Source: Pseudomonadota bacterium (GTDB taxonomy: Bacteria; Desulfobacterota; Desulfobacteria; Desulfobacterales; JBDRRP01). From it: 64,000 nt of DNA. The stretch is taken from NCBI GenBank assembly GCA_043825735.1, contig JBDRRP010000068.1:62001-126000 (forward strand), given 5' to 3'. A model generated the notes under the pieces. That model was not told the origin of the DNA. It did no database searches and saw only the letters and a program-made list of their open reading frames with translations. Position numbers and translations under genes: made by a program. Shown in pieces: positions 30,255-40,715 of the stretch (position 1 is its first letter; each line of letters opens with the position of its first letter).

Positions 30255-32630
30255 ATGAGCCGTTTCGACGTGATCAATTCCCGGGCCAACCGGCTGGATA
30301 CACCGGACAAGGCCACAGGCCGCGCCGTTTTTGTCGACGACATCGTCAAACCGGGGATGCTTTTCGGCGCCCTTTTGCAGAGCCCGCTGCCCCATGCCCG
30401 GATTCTGAACATCGACACCACCGCTGCCGAGCGCTTGCCCGGTGTGCGTGCCGTGGTCACCGCCAAAGAAGCCGGCACGGTCAAATACGGGGTCAGTCCG
30501 GCCCGCTACGATGAGACCTTGTTTTGCGTGGACAAGGTCCGGTATGTCGGCGACGAGATCGCCGCCGTGGCCGCCGTGGACCTGGAAACCGCCCTGGCGG
30601 CCGTGGACTTGATCCGGGTGGACTATGAGGCGCTGCCGGCGGTCTTTACCGTGGAAGAGGCCATGGCCGAGGGGGCCCCGCTGCTCCACGACGAATACCC
30701 CGGCAACATCTGTGCCGAGGTACACCAGGAGTTCGGCGACGTGGCCGCCGCCTTCAAGGAATGCGACCTGATCAAAACCACGGTCTTTCGCAACAAGCGT
30801 CAGGACGCGGCGTTTATCGAGACTCAGGGATGCATCGCCGATTACGACCTTTCCGGCCGCCTGACCCTGATCAGTTCAACCCAGGTGCCCCACTACGTCC
30901 AGCGCACTGTGGCCATGGTGCTGGGGATCGACGTGGGGCGGGTACGGGTCATCAAACCCTACGTGGGGGCCGGGTTCGGCATCAAGGCCGCGGCCAACCC
31001 CATGGAACTGGCCGCCTGCCTGCTCTCCAAGCACACGGGCCGGCCGGTGAAAATGAACTACACCCGGGAGCAGGTGTTCATGTTCGGCCGCGCGCGGCAC
31101 GGCTTTGTCCATAAGATGACCACCGGCGTGAAAAAAGACGGCACCCTGTTGGCGCTGCAGCACGAATGCCAGCTCGACGGCGGCGCCTATTCCAGCTTCG
31201 GCATCGCCACGGTCTATTACGCCGGCTCGCTGCTGGGCGGTCCCTACCGGCTGCCCAACATGAAGTATGACGGATACCGGGTCTACAACAACAAACCGGC
31301 CTGCGGCGCCCAGCGCGGTCACGGCGGCGTGGCCGCCCGGGCTGCCTGGGAACAGCAGCTTGACATGATCGCCGAAGAGCTGTCCATCGATCCCGTGGAG
31401 CTGCGACTCAAAAACATGATGCAGGCCGGCGATGTCACCTGCAACGATTTGAACATGAGCTCTCTGGGCATGCGCGAGTGCCTCGAAGCGGTCCGCGACG
31501 GTTCCGACTGGCCGCGCAAAAAAGGAAAACTCCCTGCGGGCAAGGGGATCGGGCTGGCCTGCGGGTTTTTCGTCTCCGGCGCCGGCTATCCCATCTACCG
31601 GTCCGACACCTTTCACGGAACGGTGGTGATCAAGCTCACCGAAGACGGCGGCACGGCGCTGGTCTACACCGCATCGGCGGAGATCGGCCAGGGCTCGGAC
31701 ACCACCTTTGCCATGATCGCCGCCGAGGCCCTGGGAGTGCCGCTGTCCATGGTCCGGCTGGCCTCGGGCGATACCGACATGGGGGTCGATCTGGGGGCCT
31801 ACTCCAGCCGCCAGACGCTGATGACCGGTCATGCCACCAAGGAGGCGGCCGAAGACGTCAGGCGCCAGGTGCTGGCGGTCCTTTCCGAGGAACTCGGGGT
31901 GCCCGTGGAAAAAATGGACATCAAAAAGGGCGTTATCGTCTTCGAGGACCCCGATGTGGATTTTTCCGCACTACGCACGCGCTACATCAAGGAGCACCGG
32001 GGCTGGACCGACAATCCCGCCGATGGTCCCCTGACTTTCAAGGAGGCCTCCCGCATGGCGTATCTGTCCCGGGGGTCTATCGTGGGAACCGGCAAGTACA
32101 AACCCCATGCCCTGGGCGGCAAATTCAAAGGGGCCACTGTGGGCACCTCGCCGGCCTATGGCTGCAGCGCCCAGGTGGTGGAGGTGAGCGTGGACATGGA
32201 GACGGGCCACGTCACCATCGACAAAGTCGTCGACGCCCACGACTGCGGCAGGGCCATCAACCGGACCTCGGTGGAAGGCCAGATGCAGGGATCCATCTCC
32301 ATGGGCATGGGCGAGGCCATGTTCGAGGAAGTCAAATTCGACGGGCGCGGCCGGGTCATCAACGCGGATCTGGCCGAATATAAACTGGTAACGGCCCTGG
32401 ACATGCCGGCGGTCGACGCCATTATCGTGGAAAGCGACGAGCCCAACGGCCCCTTCGGGGCAAAAGAGGTGGGCGAGGGCGCCATCATGCCCACCATCCC
32501 GGCCATCCTCAATGCCGTCTATGATGCCATCGGGGTGCGCATTTTCCAGCTGCCCCTGACACCGGAGCGGGTTTATACGGCCATCAAAGAGTACAAGGAA
32601 AAGCAGCGGGGAAAAAATAAAACCGGTTGA
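30255..32630 (+). CDS. Molybdopterin-binding subunit, likely 4-hydroxybenzoyl-CoA reductase alpha
   Basis: XDH-family large subunit with TQVPH, GAGFG, CGAQRGHG, GAYSSRQT and GAKEVGEG. The RGHG and YSSR variants plus the aromatic context point to HBCR (inference). Confidence 0.72.
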   Translation: MSRFDVINSRANRLDTPDKATGRAVFVDDIVKPGMLFGALLQSPLPHARILNIDTTAAERLPGVRAVVTAKEAGTVKYGVSPARYDETLFCVDKVRYVGDEIAAVAAVDLETALAAVDLIRVDYEALPAVFTVEEAMAEGAPLLHDEYPGNICAEVHQEFGDVAAAFKECDLIKTTVFRNKRQDAAFIETQGCIADYDLSGRLTLISSTQVPHYVQRTVAMVLGIDVGRVRVIKPYVGAGFGIKAAANPMELAACLLSKHTGRPVKMNYTREQVFMFGRARHGFVHKMTTGVKKDGTLLALQHECQLDGGAYSSFGIATVYYAGSLLGGPYRLPNMKYDGYRVYNNKPACGAQRGHGGVAARAAWEQQLDMIAEELSIDPVELRLKNMMQAGDVTCNDLNMSSLGMRECLEAVRDGSDWPRKKGKLPAGKGIGLACGFFVSGAGYPIYRSDTFHGTVVIKLTEDGGTALVYTASAEIGQGSDTTFAMIAAEALGVPLSMVRLASGDTDMGVDLGAYSSRQTLMTGHATKEAAEDVRRQVLAVLSEELGVPVEKMDIKKGVIVFEDPDVDFSALRTRYIKEHRGWTDNPADGPLTFKEASRMAYLSRGSIVGTGKYKPHALGGKFKGATVGTSPAYGCSAQVVEVSVDMETGHVTIDKVVDAHDCGRAINRTSVEGQMQGSISMGMGEAMFEEVKFDGRGRVINADLAEYKLVTALDMPAVDAIIVESDEPNGPFGAKEVGEGAIMPTIPAILNAVYDAIGVRIFQLPLTPERVYTAIKEYKEKQRGKNKTG

Positions 32631-32710
32631 ACCACGCCGTCACGGAGGAGACGGAGATTTTAGTCTCAAAATCAGCTGCTTATGATTTTCTCCGTGTTCT
32701 CCGTGGTGAT
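32631..32710. repeat. 9-mer periodic palindromic intergenic element (cacggag family)
   Basis: cacggaggagacggag ... ctccgtgttctccgtggtg. Confidence 0.7.
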
Positions 32711-32789
32711 ATCATTTTTTTCGATTGCATCGGCTTCCGGCGATAGCTTGAGCTTCATGGAAATACGTAAAGTAGAATACGGATAGCCT

Positions 32790-33533
32790 GTGCTGACCAG
32801 CGATGAAAAGCAGCGTTATAGCCGGCAGATGATTCTGCCGGAGATCGGCGAGGCCGGGCAGGAAAAACTGCGGACCGCCTCGGTCCTGGTGGCGGGGCTG
32901 GGCGGGCTGGGTTCCATCAGCGCACACTACCTGGCCGCCGCCGGCATTGGACGTCTTCGCCTGGTGGACAGCGATACCGTTGCTCTGGAAAACCTCAACC
33001 GGCAGATTCTTCATCACACCGGCGACCAGGGCCGCGCGAAGACCGAATCGGCCAGGGAAAAACTCTCGGCGCTCAATCCCGGCTGCCGGATCGAAACCGT
33101 AGACACACGGATCGCCGCAGACAACGCCGCTCACCTGGCCGCCGGGTGCGACCTCATCGTCGACGCCACGGACAACGCCGCCACCCGGGCCGTGCTGAAC
33201 CGCACGGCCCACGCCCTGGGCATCCCCTTTGTTTTCGGCGGTGTCACCGGCCTGGAGGGCATGGTCACCACCATCGTTCCCGGTCGCTCGCCATGCCTGG
33301 AGTGCGTGTTTCCCAACCTGGTCGAAATCCAAACGCCGGGCCCGGTTCCGGCCCTGGGGCCGGTGGTGGGCATCGTGGCATCCATCCAGTCCCTCGAGGT
33401 GGTGAAATGGGTTGTCGGGCTGGAAGCGGATTTGCTGGCCGGAAAACTGCTCTCGATTCAGAGCCGGACACTACGCTTCAGAACCGTGTCCCTGGATCGC
33501 AATCCGTCTTGCCCGGTCTGCGGAGCCAGATAG
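32790..33533 (+). CDS. ThiF/MoeB family adenylyltransferase
   Basis: RYSRQ, GLGGLG, NLNRQILH, DATDN and two CxxC motifs. Confidence 0.93.
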   Translation: MLTSDEKQRYSRQMILPEIGEAGQEKLRTASVLVAGLGGLGSISAHYLAAAGIGRLRLVDSDTVALENLNRQILHHTGDQGRAKTESAREKLSALNPGCRIETVDTRIAADNAAHLAAGCDLIVDATDNAATRAVLNRTAHALGIPFVFGGVTGLEGMVTTIVPGRSPCLECVFPNLVEIQTPGPVPALGPVVGIVASIQSLEVVKWVVGLEADLLAGKLLSIQSRTLRFRTVSLDRNPSCPVCGAR

Positions 33534-33534
33534 C

Positions 33535-33750
33535 ATGGAAGGCGAAACAATCACCGTCGTTGTCAACGGTTTCGAAGAAAGCCTTCCGGCCGGGGCTGAC
33601 CTGGACTGGCTCATCGTATGTTTTAAAGAAGGCGATACGGACCTCATCGTCGAGCACAACGGCCGGTTCGTCTACCCCAAAGACTACGCCGCAACAATCC
33701 TCGCCGCCGGCGACCGGGTCGAGCTCATCAACCCTAACTTCGGCGGATGA
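33535..33750 (+). CDS. ThiS/MoaD family sulfur carrier protein
   Basis: 71 aa with VNG, NG and GDRVE, ending in C-terminal GG; starts 1 nt after the moeB-like stop. Confidence 0.88.
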   Translation: MEGETITVVVNGFEESLPAGADLDWLIVCFKEGDTDLIVEHNGRFVYPKDYAATILAAGDRVELINPNFGG

Positions 33751-34353
33751 GCCTATGACAAAAGCCGTCAATTACCACTCCGGCTTCAAGAATTCGGATG
33801 AGCCGGAAGTTTGAGTTCGGCCTACCCCATGCTCAATTTTGAAAGTCACTTGCTCGATACAAATCCTCCAGGCCGGTCCATCGAATATCTTTCTCCGGAA
33901 TGTTATAAACCCGATCACGGCTGACGATACGCTTTCCAGCGGAGATCGCCAAAGTGGGTATCCACAAGATCGTAGGGGATGCAGCGCGCTTATCATTTCG
34001 GAAATGGCGGGCATCCACAGGGGCGGGCCACATCTATCGGCAAATTCAAGATCCCCACGATTTGAGATGAGAGGTAACAGGCATGCTGAAAAGCAAATTG
34101 TCTTTTCTTTATGGGGCATCTTAAAATTTATGATATGAATTTCATATTGTTGGGGGGATTTTTATAACAGCAAGTGCCATCCGGCAATGGCAGTGATGGA
34201 CTTTTTTTGCCTCTGGCCAGGATCATGACAGGGGCTGGCTGACCAACTGGTGCGTGGGTTATTTTCCGCCGCCATGCCTTTCAACAAACCATGTCCATAG
34301 TTCACCTCTCGAAGGTCGACCGGTTCAACAACCCAGACACCAGGAGGCGGCCG

Positions 34354-37300
34354 ATGTTGCGATTTCGTGGGAACATGTCCTGTCTTTGGATCTCGTTTGC
34401 CGTCCTGGCACTGTTGATCCATGGCTGCAAGACCATGGACGGTGCCGGTGCTTCAGAAAGCACGAGCAGGGCCATCACCGTTGCACCAAAGGCCGAAGTC
34501 GCCCCGCCGCCGGAGCCAAAGACCCGTTTCGTGGTGCAGATTATGAAAGCGGACACGCCGCTGCGTTTCAGCCCGGACGGCCGGCTGCTGGTGTCCACAG
34601 ACGCGGGAAGAGGAACCCTTCTTCAACTCTGGGATGTCGGCACCGGCCGTCTGCTGCGGACCTTCCCGCCGGACAGAAGCAAAATCGCCCGGGTCCGGTT
34701 CGATCCGAAGGGACGCTATCTGCTGGTGGTTAACGATCAGGCCGATATCCGGTTGGTCGACCTTTCTACCGGCGGTACGGTGGCAGCCGTCGATCCCCAA
34801 AAATCAGGCGCCAAGGTCAAAATGGCCGAGTTCACACCGGACGGACGCCGCCTACTGATCCGCCGGGAGTGCTGCGCGGCGCGCCTTTTCGACGTCGACA
34901 CCGGCGCCGAGGTGCGCAAGTTTACCATCGAGGGGATGGCCGCGCCTGCGGAATGCCTGCTCTCCCCGGACGGCACACGGGTTCTGTTCGGGGTCGGACA
35001 ACAGGCCCTCAAGAATTTTCGCTTCGAATGGTACGATCTGGCGACCGGGCAAAAAACCGGCTCCTTTTCCGTCCCGGACATGGTGCCCGAATTCAGCAAT
35101 TTTGAACCGGTCTTGAGTCCGGACGGCCGCTATCTGGTCCGGAGAGTCAGCCGCTTCCGCCCAAAATACACGCCGCTCATCGAAATCATCGACCTTGAGC
35201 GCCGGCAGGTCCGCCACCTCCCAGAACCGTCCGGCTATCTGCCGATGCAGATCAGCGCCGACAGCCGATACCTGTTCACCGCCATCGGGATCGGCACCCA
35301 TATCCAGATGTGGGCGCTCGACACCGGCCGTCACGTTAGGGATCTCGGACCGCGGACGCCCTTTGGCTTCGCCGTGTCTCCCTCGGCGCCCATCATCGCC
35401 TACGGGGTCAGCATGGCCGGCGCGGCCGACCTTTCGGTTTCCAAGATCGATCTTTTCGACTTTGAAAAGGATGCCTCCCGAAAGCAGATCGCCGGTCTCT
35501 CCCATCACGGCATTGACAACCAGAAGTTACAGTTTCTTGCCGACGGCAACGCCTTTATCGACGGCAAATTCATTGATCTGAAACGGGGCATCCTAACCCC
35601 GTCGTCCTCCCACAACTATCCGGCGGCTGTCAGCGGTGACGGCACCCGCGTGCTGTGGCGCGGGAGCCTCAAACCGATCCGGACCAAAGAAGACTATGCC
35701 GCTTACGGCAACAAGCAGTTGATCCTCTGTCCCTGGCCCGAATGCACCAAGCCGGAAGTGCTGCCCGATTCGCTGTTCGGTGATTACTTTCCCAAAATGT
35801 TGAATCGGGACGGCTCGCGGATGCTCCTCTGGAAACCGGGCAGCGGGCAGGGCACCCACGCTGTCATCGCTATGGAAACCGGCGCTGCACCGGTTCCCCT
35901 GCGCGAATATCCCACCGGTGAACCCGGATACTGGAGATCCGACTTATCGCCCATCCTGAGCGCGGACGGCACCACCGTGGCCAACGGATTTGTGGACGGT
36001 CACAACGACACCGGTCTGGTCTATTTGTGGGACGCTGCCACCGGCAAAAAGCAGAAGATCTTTCGCTCCAGCGGGTCGGTGCTGATGCAGGCTCTGTCGT
36101 TCAGCCCTGACAGCCGCCTGCTGGCTGCCGCCATCACGACGGTTGAGATGAAATACGAAGGGGGCATGGGTCACTGGCTACTGGGTTATGATTTTGCTAG
36201 GTCTTTCAACCGGACCCGGGTGGAACTATGGCACGTGTCGTCAGGTCGCCGGCTGCGGACCTTCGAAAACATCGGCGCCTGGGTCCAGACCCTCACCTTC
36301 GACCCTGACGGCCGCGAGCTGTTCGTGGGCGGGCAGGACGGGCTGGTCCACCGGTTCGACGTCGCATCCGGAGGCCTTTTAAGAACCTACGCCACATTTT
36401 CGCCGGTTTCTGCGATTTCCATCAGCCCGGACGGCCAGCGGATGCTGGTATCCGGATTCGGGGAAACCTACTGGGACCTGACCACCGGAAGCCAACTCTA
36501 CACGATTTTCTTCCCGTTGGGCCCCACCATCCTCGGACAGCCGCAGGAATACCTGACCTGGACACCAGACGGGTATTACCAAGGCAGCGATCGGCTGGCC
36601 CGCAATTTCGTGCACCTAGTCACTGACTTCAAGACCTACGCCATCGATCAATTCTTTGAGCAGTTCTACAACCCGGTCATGATCCAGGCCCGGGCCACCG
36701 GGCTTCCCACTGACGCCTTCAACATCGCAGCGGTGCTGGACGGATCCCCGCCGCCCCGTGTCGAAATGCTGCCGCCCAACGTCGGCTCTAAAGGCACCGC
36801 TGAAATCACAGTGGTGGCCAAAGACACCGGTGGTGGCGTACGGGAGGTCCGCTTCTACCAGAACGGGAAACGCATCGGTGACGGTGCCTGGACCGCAGTG
36901 AAATCGGTCCAACTCTCCGAAGGACGACAGGGCGTCCGGGACAGGGGGTTCACCCGAGCCCTGGAGGCATCTTCAGACACAACGAATACCGCCTCGGCAC
37001 CCGGCCCGCCCGTCGACAGAGGGGATGTGAGAAAAACCTACAAGGTGCGGCTGCTGTCCGGTGACAACACCTTTCGGGCGGTCGCCTTCTCCGGAGAGAT
37101 GATTGAAAGTGCACCGGTCGAGATCACCGTTGCCCACAAGGGCAAAGACGATAGGGGCGTGCTTTACATCATCGCCATCGGCATCCTGGACTACCGCCCG
37201 CCCCTCAGCCGTCTGCCGGCGGCACGGGCAGACGCCGAAAGCTTCGTGCAGCAACTCACCGATACGGCGCCGGCCCTGTTCGGCAGTTTCAATGCTGTGA

Positions 37301-37917
37301 CCCTTTACGACGTCAAGGCGACACGCAAGAAAATACTCGAGGCCATGGCCAGCGTAGAGAAAAAGGCTTCGGCGGCCGACACCCTGGTCTTCTTTTTCGC
37401 AGGTCATGGTACCGTTCTGGACACTGACGGCCGTTTTTACCTTGTGGCCCAAGGTGTGAACGCCCTTGAAGCCGATGCGCCCGGCGCCGTGAATAGGGAG
37501 GGCATCTCCGATCTGGAACTGGGCAGCGCCCTTCAGCGGATTCCGGCCCTGCGCCAGGTCGTGTTCATAGACGCCTGCCAGTCCGGCGGTGCCGATCTTG
37601 CAGAGGCCTTCAAGCGCTCCGGTGAAGAAGTCGCGGTCAAACGGGTGGGGCGCGCCGCCGGTACCTGGGTTTTCTCAGCCGCCGGAAAGACCGAATATGC
37701 CTGGGAAACACCAAAGCTCGGCCACGGATTGTTCACTCAAGCGCTGCTGACCGGCATGACCGGTGCGGCAGATCAGCAAAAAAACGACGGCGGAATACGC
37801 CTTTCCGAACTCGAGGCCTTTGTCAGCCTTAAAGTCGCGGAATATGCTCGGCAGCTCGATATTCAGCAGCAACCGGTGATCCAGAAAGGGCTCAACGATT
37901 TCCCCATCGCCAAATAG
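34354..37917 (+). CDS. Lipoprotein with WD40-like beta-propellers, Ig-like linker and caspase-like peptidase C14 domain
   Basis: aggagg SD; lipobox LIHGC; repeated FSPDG..L / WD..TG; TPDGYY; FFFAGHG and FIDACQSG; GHGLFTQALL. Confidence 0.9.
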   Translation: MLRFRGNMSCLWISFAVLALLIHGCKTMDGAGASESTSRAITVAPKAEVAPPPEPKTRFVVQIMKADTPLRFSPDGRLLVSTDAGRGTLLQLWDVGTGRLLRTFPPDRSKIARVRFDPKGRYLLVVNDQADIRLVDLSTGGTVAAVDPQKSGAKVKMAEFTPDGRRLLIRRECCAARLFDVDTGAEVRKFTIEGMAAPAECLLSPDGTRVLFGVGQQALKNFRFEWYDLATGQKTGSFSVPDMVPEFSNFEPVLSPDGRYLVRRVSRFRPKYTPLIEIIDLERRQVRHLPEPSGYLPMQISADSRYLFTAIGIGTHIQMWALDTGRHVRDLGPRTPFGFAVSPSAPIIAYGVSMAGAADLSVSKIDLFDFEKDASRKQIAGLSHHGIDNQKLQFLADGNAFIDGKFIDLKRGILTPSSSHNYPAAVSGDGTRVLWRGSLKPIRTKEDYAAYGNKQLILCPWPECTKPEVLPDSLFGDYFPKMLNRDGSRMLLWKPGSGQGTHAVIAMETGAAPVPLREYPTGEPGYWRSDLSPILSADGTTVANGFVDGHNDTGLVYLWDAATGKKQKIFRSSGSVLMQALSFSPDSRLLAAAITTVEMKYEGGMGHWLLGYDFARSFNRTRVELWHVSSGRRLRTFENIGAWVQTLTFDPDGRELFVGGQDGLVHRFDVASGGLLRTYATFSPVSAISISPDGQRMLVSGFGETYWDLTTGSQLYTIFFPLGPTILGQPQEYLTWTPDGYYQGSDRLARNFVHLVTDFKTYAIDQFFEQFYNPVMIQARATGLPTDAFNIAAVLDGSPPPRVEMLPPNVGSKGTAEITVVAKDTGGGVREVRFYQNGKRIGDGAWTAVKSVQLSEGRQGVRDRGFTRALEASSDTTNTASAPGPPVDRGDVRKTYKVRLLSGDNTFRAVAFSGEMIESAPVEITVAHKGKDDRGVLYIIAIGILDYRPPLSRLPAARADAESFVQQLTDTAPALFGSFNAVTLYDVKATRKKILEAMASVEKKASAADTLVFFFAGHGTVLDTDGRFYLVAQGVNALEADAPGAVNREGISDLELGSALQRIPALRQVVFIDACQSGGADLAEAFKRSGEEVAVKRVGRAAGTWVFSAAGKTEYAWETPKLGHGLFTQALLTGMTGAADQQKNDGGIRLSELEAFVSLKVAEYARQLDIQQQPVIQKGLNDFPIAK

Positions 37918-37971
37918 GCAGCGCCCGATGCGCGAAGGAATGATAGGGGTGTGCACTTTCTCTACCAGCCT

Positions 37972-38667
37972 TCAAGCCCGGTCAGATGCCAGCATGATGC
38001 GGGCGTCTGCGACCGCGCAGGCCTCGGAAGTGCACATGACTGGGTTCAGGTCCACGGATTCGATGTGATCGCCCAGGTCCATGACAAGGTCCGAAAAACG
38101 CAGCAGGGTATTTTCCAGGGCATCTCTGCTCACGGGCGCGCTTCCCCGGTAGCCTTCCAGGAGCTTTCGCCCGACAAGCTGGTCGATCATGGAGGCCACG
38201 TCCAGGGCGGTCAGGGGTGCCATTCGGATGGCAACGTCCTGATAGATCTCTACCCCGGTCCCTCCGATGCCAAGCAGGATCACCGGACCGAACTGGCAGT
38301 CCACCTTGGCCCCCACGATCAGCTCTACTCCGGTAACCATCTTTTCCACCAGCATTGCCGAAAACCCGTCCATGGCGCTGAACCGGTCAAACGCCGCCCT
38401 TACCGAGGCCTGGTCCCTGAGCCCCACGGCCACGCCACCCACATCGGACTTGTGAATGATCTTGGGGGACACGACCTTTGCCACCACCGGAAACCCCATC
38501 GTGGCGGCAGCCTCGGAGGCCTCCGCCGCTGCATTTACGCATACGAAGGCGGGAACGGTGAGACCGGCGGCCTCGAGAAGCCCCTTGGTGTCTGGCTCCA
38601 AAACCCAGCCCATCTGTTTCGACCGCTCGAAAACCGCTTTCATCATATCAGTCAGCATGGCCGGCAC
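37972..38667 (-). CDS. ADP-forming acyl-CoA synthetase beta subunit (ATP-grasp)
   Basis: GFPVVAK, IHKSDVGGV, FGPVIL.G.GG..VE and DLNP motifs. Confidence 0.9.
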   Translation of the reverse strand: MPAMLTDMMKAVFERSKQMGWVLEPDTKGLLEAAGLTVPAFVCVNAAAEASEAAATMGFPVVAKVVSPKIIHKSDVGGVAVGLRDQASVRAAFDRFSAMDGFSAMLVEKMVTGVELIVGAKVDCQFGPVILLGIGGTGVEIYQDVAIRMAPLTALDVASMIDQLVGRKLLEGYRGSAPVSRDALENTLLRFSDLVMDLGDHIESVDLNPVMCTSEACAVADARIMLASDRA

Positions 38668-40076
38668 CTTTTCATCCCCTCAACCATGAGCACCGCCCCC
38701 TCGATGGAGGCCGAAACCGGCACACGGTTGAGTTCAAAGCCTTCGATGAGCATTCGGTATTTTTCCACGTGTGGCACGTAGGCCACAAGCGGCTTTCCCG
38801 CCTGCTGGGAGACGAGGCTCAGCCGGGCTCCCAGGTCCGATGAAATCCCTGGCGAGTAGGGAAGCAGCAAAAGGATGATGGCATCGATGTCCAAAGACGC
38901 GCTCAGCCCCTGGACGGCCGCGGCAAAATCGTCGTCCACCGCGGAGCCGGTAAGATCTATCGGATTTTTCAGCGACGCTATGGGCCGGATGCTGGCAGAA
39001 AGCGTGTCCCGGATCCGGCTCTTGTCTTTTTCGGAAAGTTCGGGCACGGCCAGGCCCCGTTGCACGCAGGCGTCCACAGACAGAACGCCGTGGCCGCCGC
39101 TCACCGTGATGATGCCGACCCGACCCTGGACATGTTGAAGCGGGCAGCGGCTCAGGGCCTCGCAGAAACAGGCCATCTCGAACTCGTTTGCGGCTTCGGC
39201 AATGCCGTGCTGGGCCATGACGGAAGAGAACACCTTGTAGTCCCCGGCCATTGATGCCGTATGGCTGGAAACCGCCCTGCTTCCCTGGCTGCTTTTTCCA
39301 GCCTTGAGCACCACCACGGGTTTGGGGCAGGCCTTGGCCGCCTGGACGAACCGGCGCCCCTCCCCCTTTTCGAAACCCTCGATGTAAAAGGCGATCACCC
39401 CGGTGTCCGGATCCTTTGCCAAATACTCGAGCAGGTTGATCTCCCGTACCAGAGCCTTGTTGCCGATGCTCACGCCGATGGAAAGCCCCACTCCCTGGCC
39501 GGCGAATGTGACCATCTGGTCCACCAGGACGCCGCCGCTCTGGCTGATCAGGGCGACGTTTCCCGGCTCCGGCCGCACCAGGCGCTCTCCGGGCAGGAAA
39601 AAGGTGTCCAGGCGGCCGGGGGAATATATCCCCAGGCAGTTAGGCCCGATGAACGGAAAGTTGGCCTCCCGGGCCATGGCCGCCATCCGCTCCTGCAGGT
39701 CCGGGCGGCCGCTCTCGGAAAAACCGCCCGAGATGATGGTGGCCCCCTTGGCCCCGCTGCGGATGCACGACTCCAGGATCGCTGGCACATGATCGGCCCG
39801 CGCTGCGATTACCGCCATGTCGACCGGCTCCGGGATTTCGGAAATGTCCCTGTACACCGGTTGTCGACGCAGTTCGCCCCCTTTCGGGTTTACTGGAAAC
39901 ACGCGCACCGGGTAGCGCAGATCGAGCTTGTTGTAAATGACGTTGGCCGGATGCACGGGATTGGTGAGGGAAACGCCCACCACCGCAACTGTCCTGGGCC
40001 TGAGGAGAAACTCGAAGTCGAATGCCGTGTTTCGGCTCACTCCGATCGGTACTGCGTCCTTTTTTTCACCAGGCAT
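38652..40076 (-). CDS. ADP-forming acyl-CoA synthetase alpha subunit
   Basis: GPNCLG, ISQSGG, GNKA, SSHTAS (catalytic His) and NPIDL motifs. Confidence 0.9.
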   Translation of the reverse strand: MPGEKKDAVPIGVSRNTAFDFEFLLRPRTVAVVGVSLTNPVHPANVIYNKLDLRYPVRVFPVNPKGGELRRQPVYRDISEIPEPVDMAVIAARADHVPAILESCIRSGAKGATIISGGFSESGRPDLQERMAAMAREANFPFIGPNCLGIYSPGRLDTFFLPGERLVRPEPGNVALISQSGGVLVDQMVTFAGQGVGLSIGVSIGNKALVREINLLEYLAKDPDTGVIAFYIEGFEKGEGRRFVQAAKACPKPVVVLKAGKSSQGSRAVSSHTASMAGDYKVFSSVMAQHGIAEAANEFEMACFCEALSRCPLQHVQGRVGIITVSGGHGVLSVDACVQRGLAVPELSEKDKSRIRDTLSASIRPIASLKNPIDLTGSAVDDDFAAAVQGLSASLDIDAIILLLLPYSPGISSDLGARLSLVSQQAGKPLVAYVPHVEKYRMLIEGFELNRVPVSASIEGAVLMVEGMKRCRPC

Positions 40077-40413
40077 ATCCCATTTTCTCCTGTAAATGAA
40101 CTTCGCAACGGGGGCGGATACCTGCTTATATTCTCCAATTCAGAAACCTGCGTCAATCCAGGACCTTGTTTTAGGCGGAAAAACTTATCACGCTTCTCTA
40201 TGAAAAAATTACTTACTGGCGATTGCATGGCATAATCAACATTGTCGTAAGGTTTGCCTGCGATTCTGAAAAATAGGTTCAAAACCGGTACTTCACTGTC
40301 AAGCTTGCCCGGATTGCAACTTCAGGATTGGGGCTTATGGTATGGGTGTTGAACGAGACGCCGCCCATCATCGCGGGCCTGCGGTTCATTGAAACGCCAA
40401 GGAGGAGAACATC

Positions 40414-40656
40414 ATGAATACCGCCGCTGCGCATCAAAAAGACATGCAAACCATCATCGATCGGGAAAAGTTGATGCGGCTTAAAAACTGCCCGGCCTGC
40501 AACCATCCCTTCAATCTGGGTGATCCGGTGGTTCTGGCCTGCGGCGCCTGGGAGGGCCCGCCGCGGCTCATCCATGAAAACGAGGCGGTGTTCGACCCGG
40601 CTACCGCAACCTACGTAGAGCGTCGATGCCATGCCGCCAAACGGGGCCGGATTTAG
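40414..40656 (+). CDS. Small Cys-rich hypothetical protein
   Basis: Strong aaggagga SD; CPAC..C..H..C pattern. Confidence 0.7.
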   Translation: MNTAAAHQKDMQTIIDREKLMRLKNCPACNHPFNLGDPVVLACGAWEGPPRLIHENEAVFDPATATYVERRCHAAKRGRI

Positions 40657-40715
40657 TGTCCATCCACAAGGGGCGGTCACATCCAGTTACAGCCGCGCAA
40701 TTCACATTCGAAGAT

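Noticed and set aside
27685..33750. Selenocysteine read-through at TGA stops in the molybdoenzyme operon
   Set aside because: Each protein looks complete at its stop, and I saw no in-frame continuation or SECIS-like hairpin.
33760..34290. Short ORFs in the gap before the WD40-caspase gene
   Set aside because: No recognisable motifs or SD; I cannot support a gene or pseudogene call.
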